Positions 62,985 through 64,000 of a DNA stretch of 64,000 nt are shown here, piece after piece. How positions within the stretch are numbered: position 1 is the stretch's first letter; every line of letters begins with the position of its first letter. The stretch covers positions 2,934 to 66,933 of the forward strand of contig JAFSYP010000066.1 of assembly GCA_017449935.1 (NCBI GenBank). Reading direction: 5' to 3'. The position numbers were made by a program, and so were the translations under genes. The stretch is from Clostridia bacterium (GTDB lineage Bacteria; Bacillota; Clostridia; Oscillospirales; Acutalibacteraceae). The notes under the pieces were generated by a model. That model ran no database searches, had not been told where the DNA came from, and was given only the letters and a program-made list of their open reading frames with translations.

Positions 62985-64000
62985 TCAACCGCGATTGAAA
63001 ATCAGATTGTAAAGCCAGCGGAAGATGGTGCGAATCCAGCCCCAGACGGTCTGAAAAATGTTTGTCGCCTGCGGTTCGTCCGGGCTTGAGGGCTCATCGC
63101 CGGGATTGCCGGGGTTCTGCGGAGAGCCGGGATTGCCGCTTGACGCTGTGCCTGCGGTCGCGGTCGATACGGCGGTCGAGCCGTTCTTTAACGTATAGCT
63201 TGCGCCGGAGGTCAGCTCTGGGCTTGCAAACAGCACGTAGCTCGCGTTGCGTACCGCTGTCGCGGAATACAGCACGTTTCCGGACGCGTCCGTGATCTGG
63301 ATGGCGCTGCCCGCTGTGACCAGATTGGTCTGACCGCCGCCGAACATGCCGCCGAAGCCGCCGGGTCTGCCGCCGGCATTGCCGCCGAAGACGACATAAG
63401 GGGTGGACGTCGTATATGCCTGCTGCATCGCGGCGTGTCCGACCGCAAGAACCGTCGCGCCGCCGAACGTGCAGCCGTACTCCGTGTCGATCGGATCGCC
63501 GTCGCCCTGCGCGGGCGCGTGCACCTCGATCGTGCCGCCCGTCAGTTTGGCGCTGCCGTTGGAGTCGACGCCGTCGCCGTTCGTCACGTTGATATACACA
63601 TAGCCGCCGTACTGATTGTAGCTGAACTGTGTGCTGCGCTCGGCGATGTCGCCGTTGGCGGCGTTGACGCCGTCGTCCGACGCCGTGACATAGACTTTGC
63701 CGGAGTAGACGTTCACCACGGAGCCCTCGATGCCTTCCGCCGCCTTTGTCACTTGGACGGTCGGGCCGGATGTACCTTTGGCGCCGATGTTCAGTGTGTA
63801 ATCGGACTTGATGCCGTCGTCCGGCGCGGACACCGTGACGGTGCCGGACAGGATATTCAGCTCCGTGTCCGCTTTCAGCGCGTCGTTGACGTTCGCCGGG
63901 ATGTTGAGCGTGACGTCCCGGATCGTCAGAGACGCCGTCGAAAGCAGCGTGTCGGTCACGTTGCCGTCCGCGTCCTCTTCGTACAGGTCGTATCCGCCCT
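62985..64000 (-). CDS. Cell-surface protein with beta-helix-like repeats (carbohydrate-binding-domain type), 5'-truncated by the window edge
   Basis: The frame stays open upstream of the listed GTG to nt 64000. The body is a repetitive Gly/Thr/Val-rich beta-strand pattern, followed by a Pro/Gly-rich linker and a Trp-rich hydrophobic C-terminal tail. Confidence 0.75.
   Translation of the reverse strand, partial: GGYDLYEEDADGNVTDTLLSTASLTIRDVTLNIPANVNDALKADTELNILSGTVTVSAPDDGIKSDYTLNIGAKGTSGPTVQVTKAAEGIEGSVVNVYSGKVYVTASDDGVNAANGDIAERSTQFSYNQYGGYVYINVTNGDGVDSNGSAKLTGGTIEVHAPAQGDGDPIDTEYGCTFGGATVLAVGHAAMQQAYTTSTPYVVFGGNAGGRPGGFGGMFGGGQTNLVTAGSAIQITDASGNVLYSATAVRNASYVLFASPELTSGASYTLKNGSTAVSTATAGTASSGNPGSPQNPGNPGDEPSSPDEPQATNIFQTVWGWIRTIFRWLYNLIFNRG

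Overview
The window looks like a GC-rich chromosomal segment of a spore-forming Clostridia-type Firmicute. This placement is an inference from sigK, spoIIID, a dockerin-bearing protein, extended -10 promoters and the gene content. Most of the window is ordinary core metabolism.

Main content, in order:
- Two partial large cell-surface proteins sit at the window edges.
- Several glycoside hydrolases are present (GH116, GH16, and two of uncertain family).
- A sucrose PTS operon is fused to the general PTS genes (scrA-scrB-ptsH-ptsI).
- Also present are galK, a sporulation regulator cluster (sigK, an M23 peptidase that may be SpoIIQ, spoIIID), tyrS, and a run of secreted proteins (DUF6273/Big_2 protein, lipase, EEP phosphodiesterase).
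- A very compact 8-gene aromatic amino-acid operon (pheA-aroB-aroC-aroE/K-aroQ-aroA-tyrA-DAHP synthase) follows.
- The rest comprises four tRNA genes, a PHP-type metallohydrolase with a dockerin, and a small-alarmone-synthetase plus two-component operon.

Three short AT-rich islets interrupt this background: about 9.1-9.8 kb, 26.4-29.2 kb next to tRNA-Ser, and 55.6-57.9 kb next to tRNA-Gly/Leu. They hold the uncharacterised genes.

Observations most worth a second look:
1. A candidate ribosome-mediated leader-peptide attenuator sits in front of the aromatic operon: an F/Y/W-rich 31-codon ORF, an antiterminator/terminator alternative, and no T-box.
2. A near-identical 43-44 nt leader element is duplicated behind two separate promoters, upstream of a CarD-like gene and a 79-aa gene.
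3. A decayed mobile-element remnant carries a helically phased GGTTGCA repeat array and a junction between two truncated genes.
4. Orphan genes lie in the tRNA-Ser islet.
5. A Trp-rich hydrophobic C-terminal tail recurs on six otherwise unrelated secreted proteins.

I found no CRISPR array, rRNA, intact prophage, integrase or transposase. The many long ORFs lying antisense to recognisable genes are treated as GC-driven artefacts.
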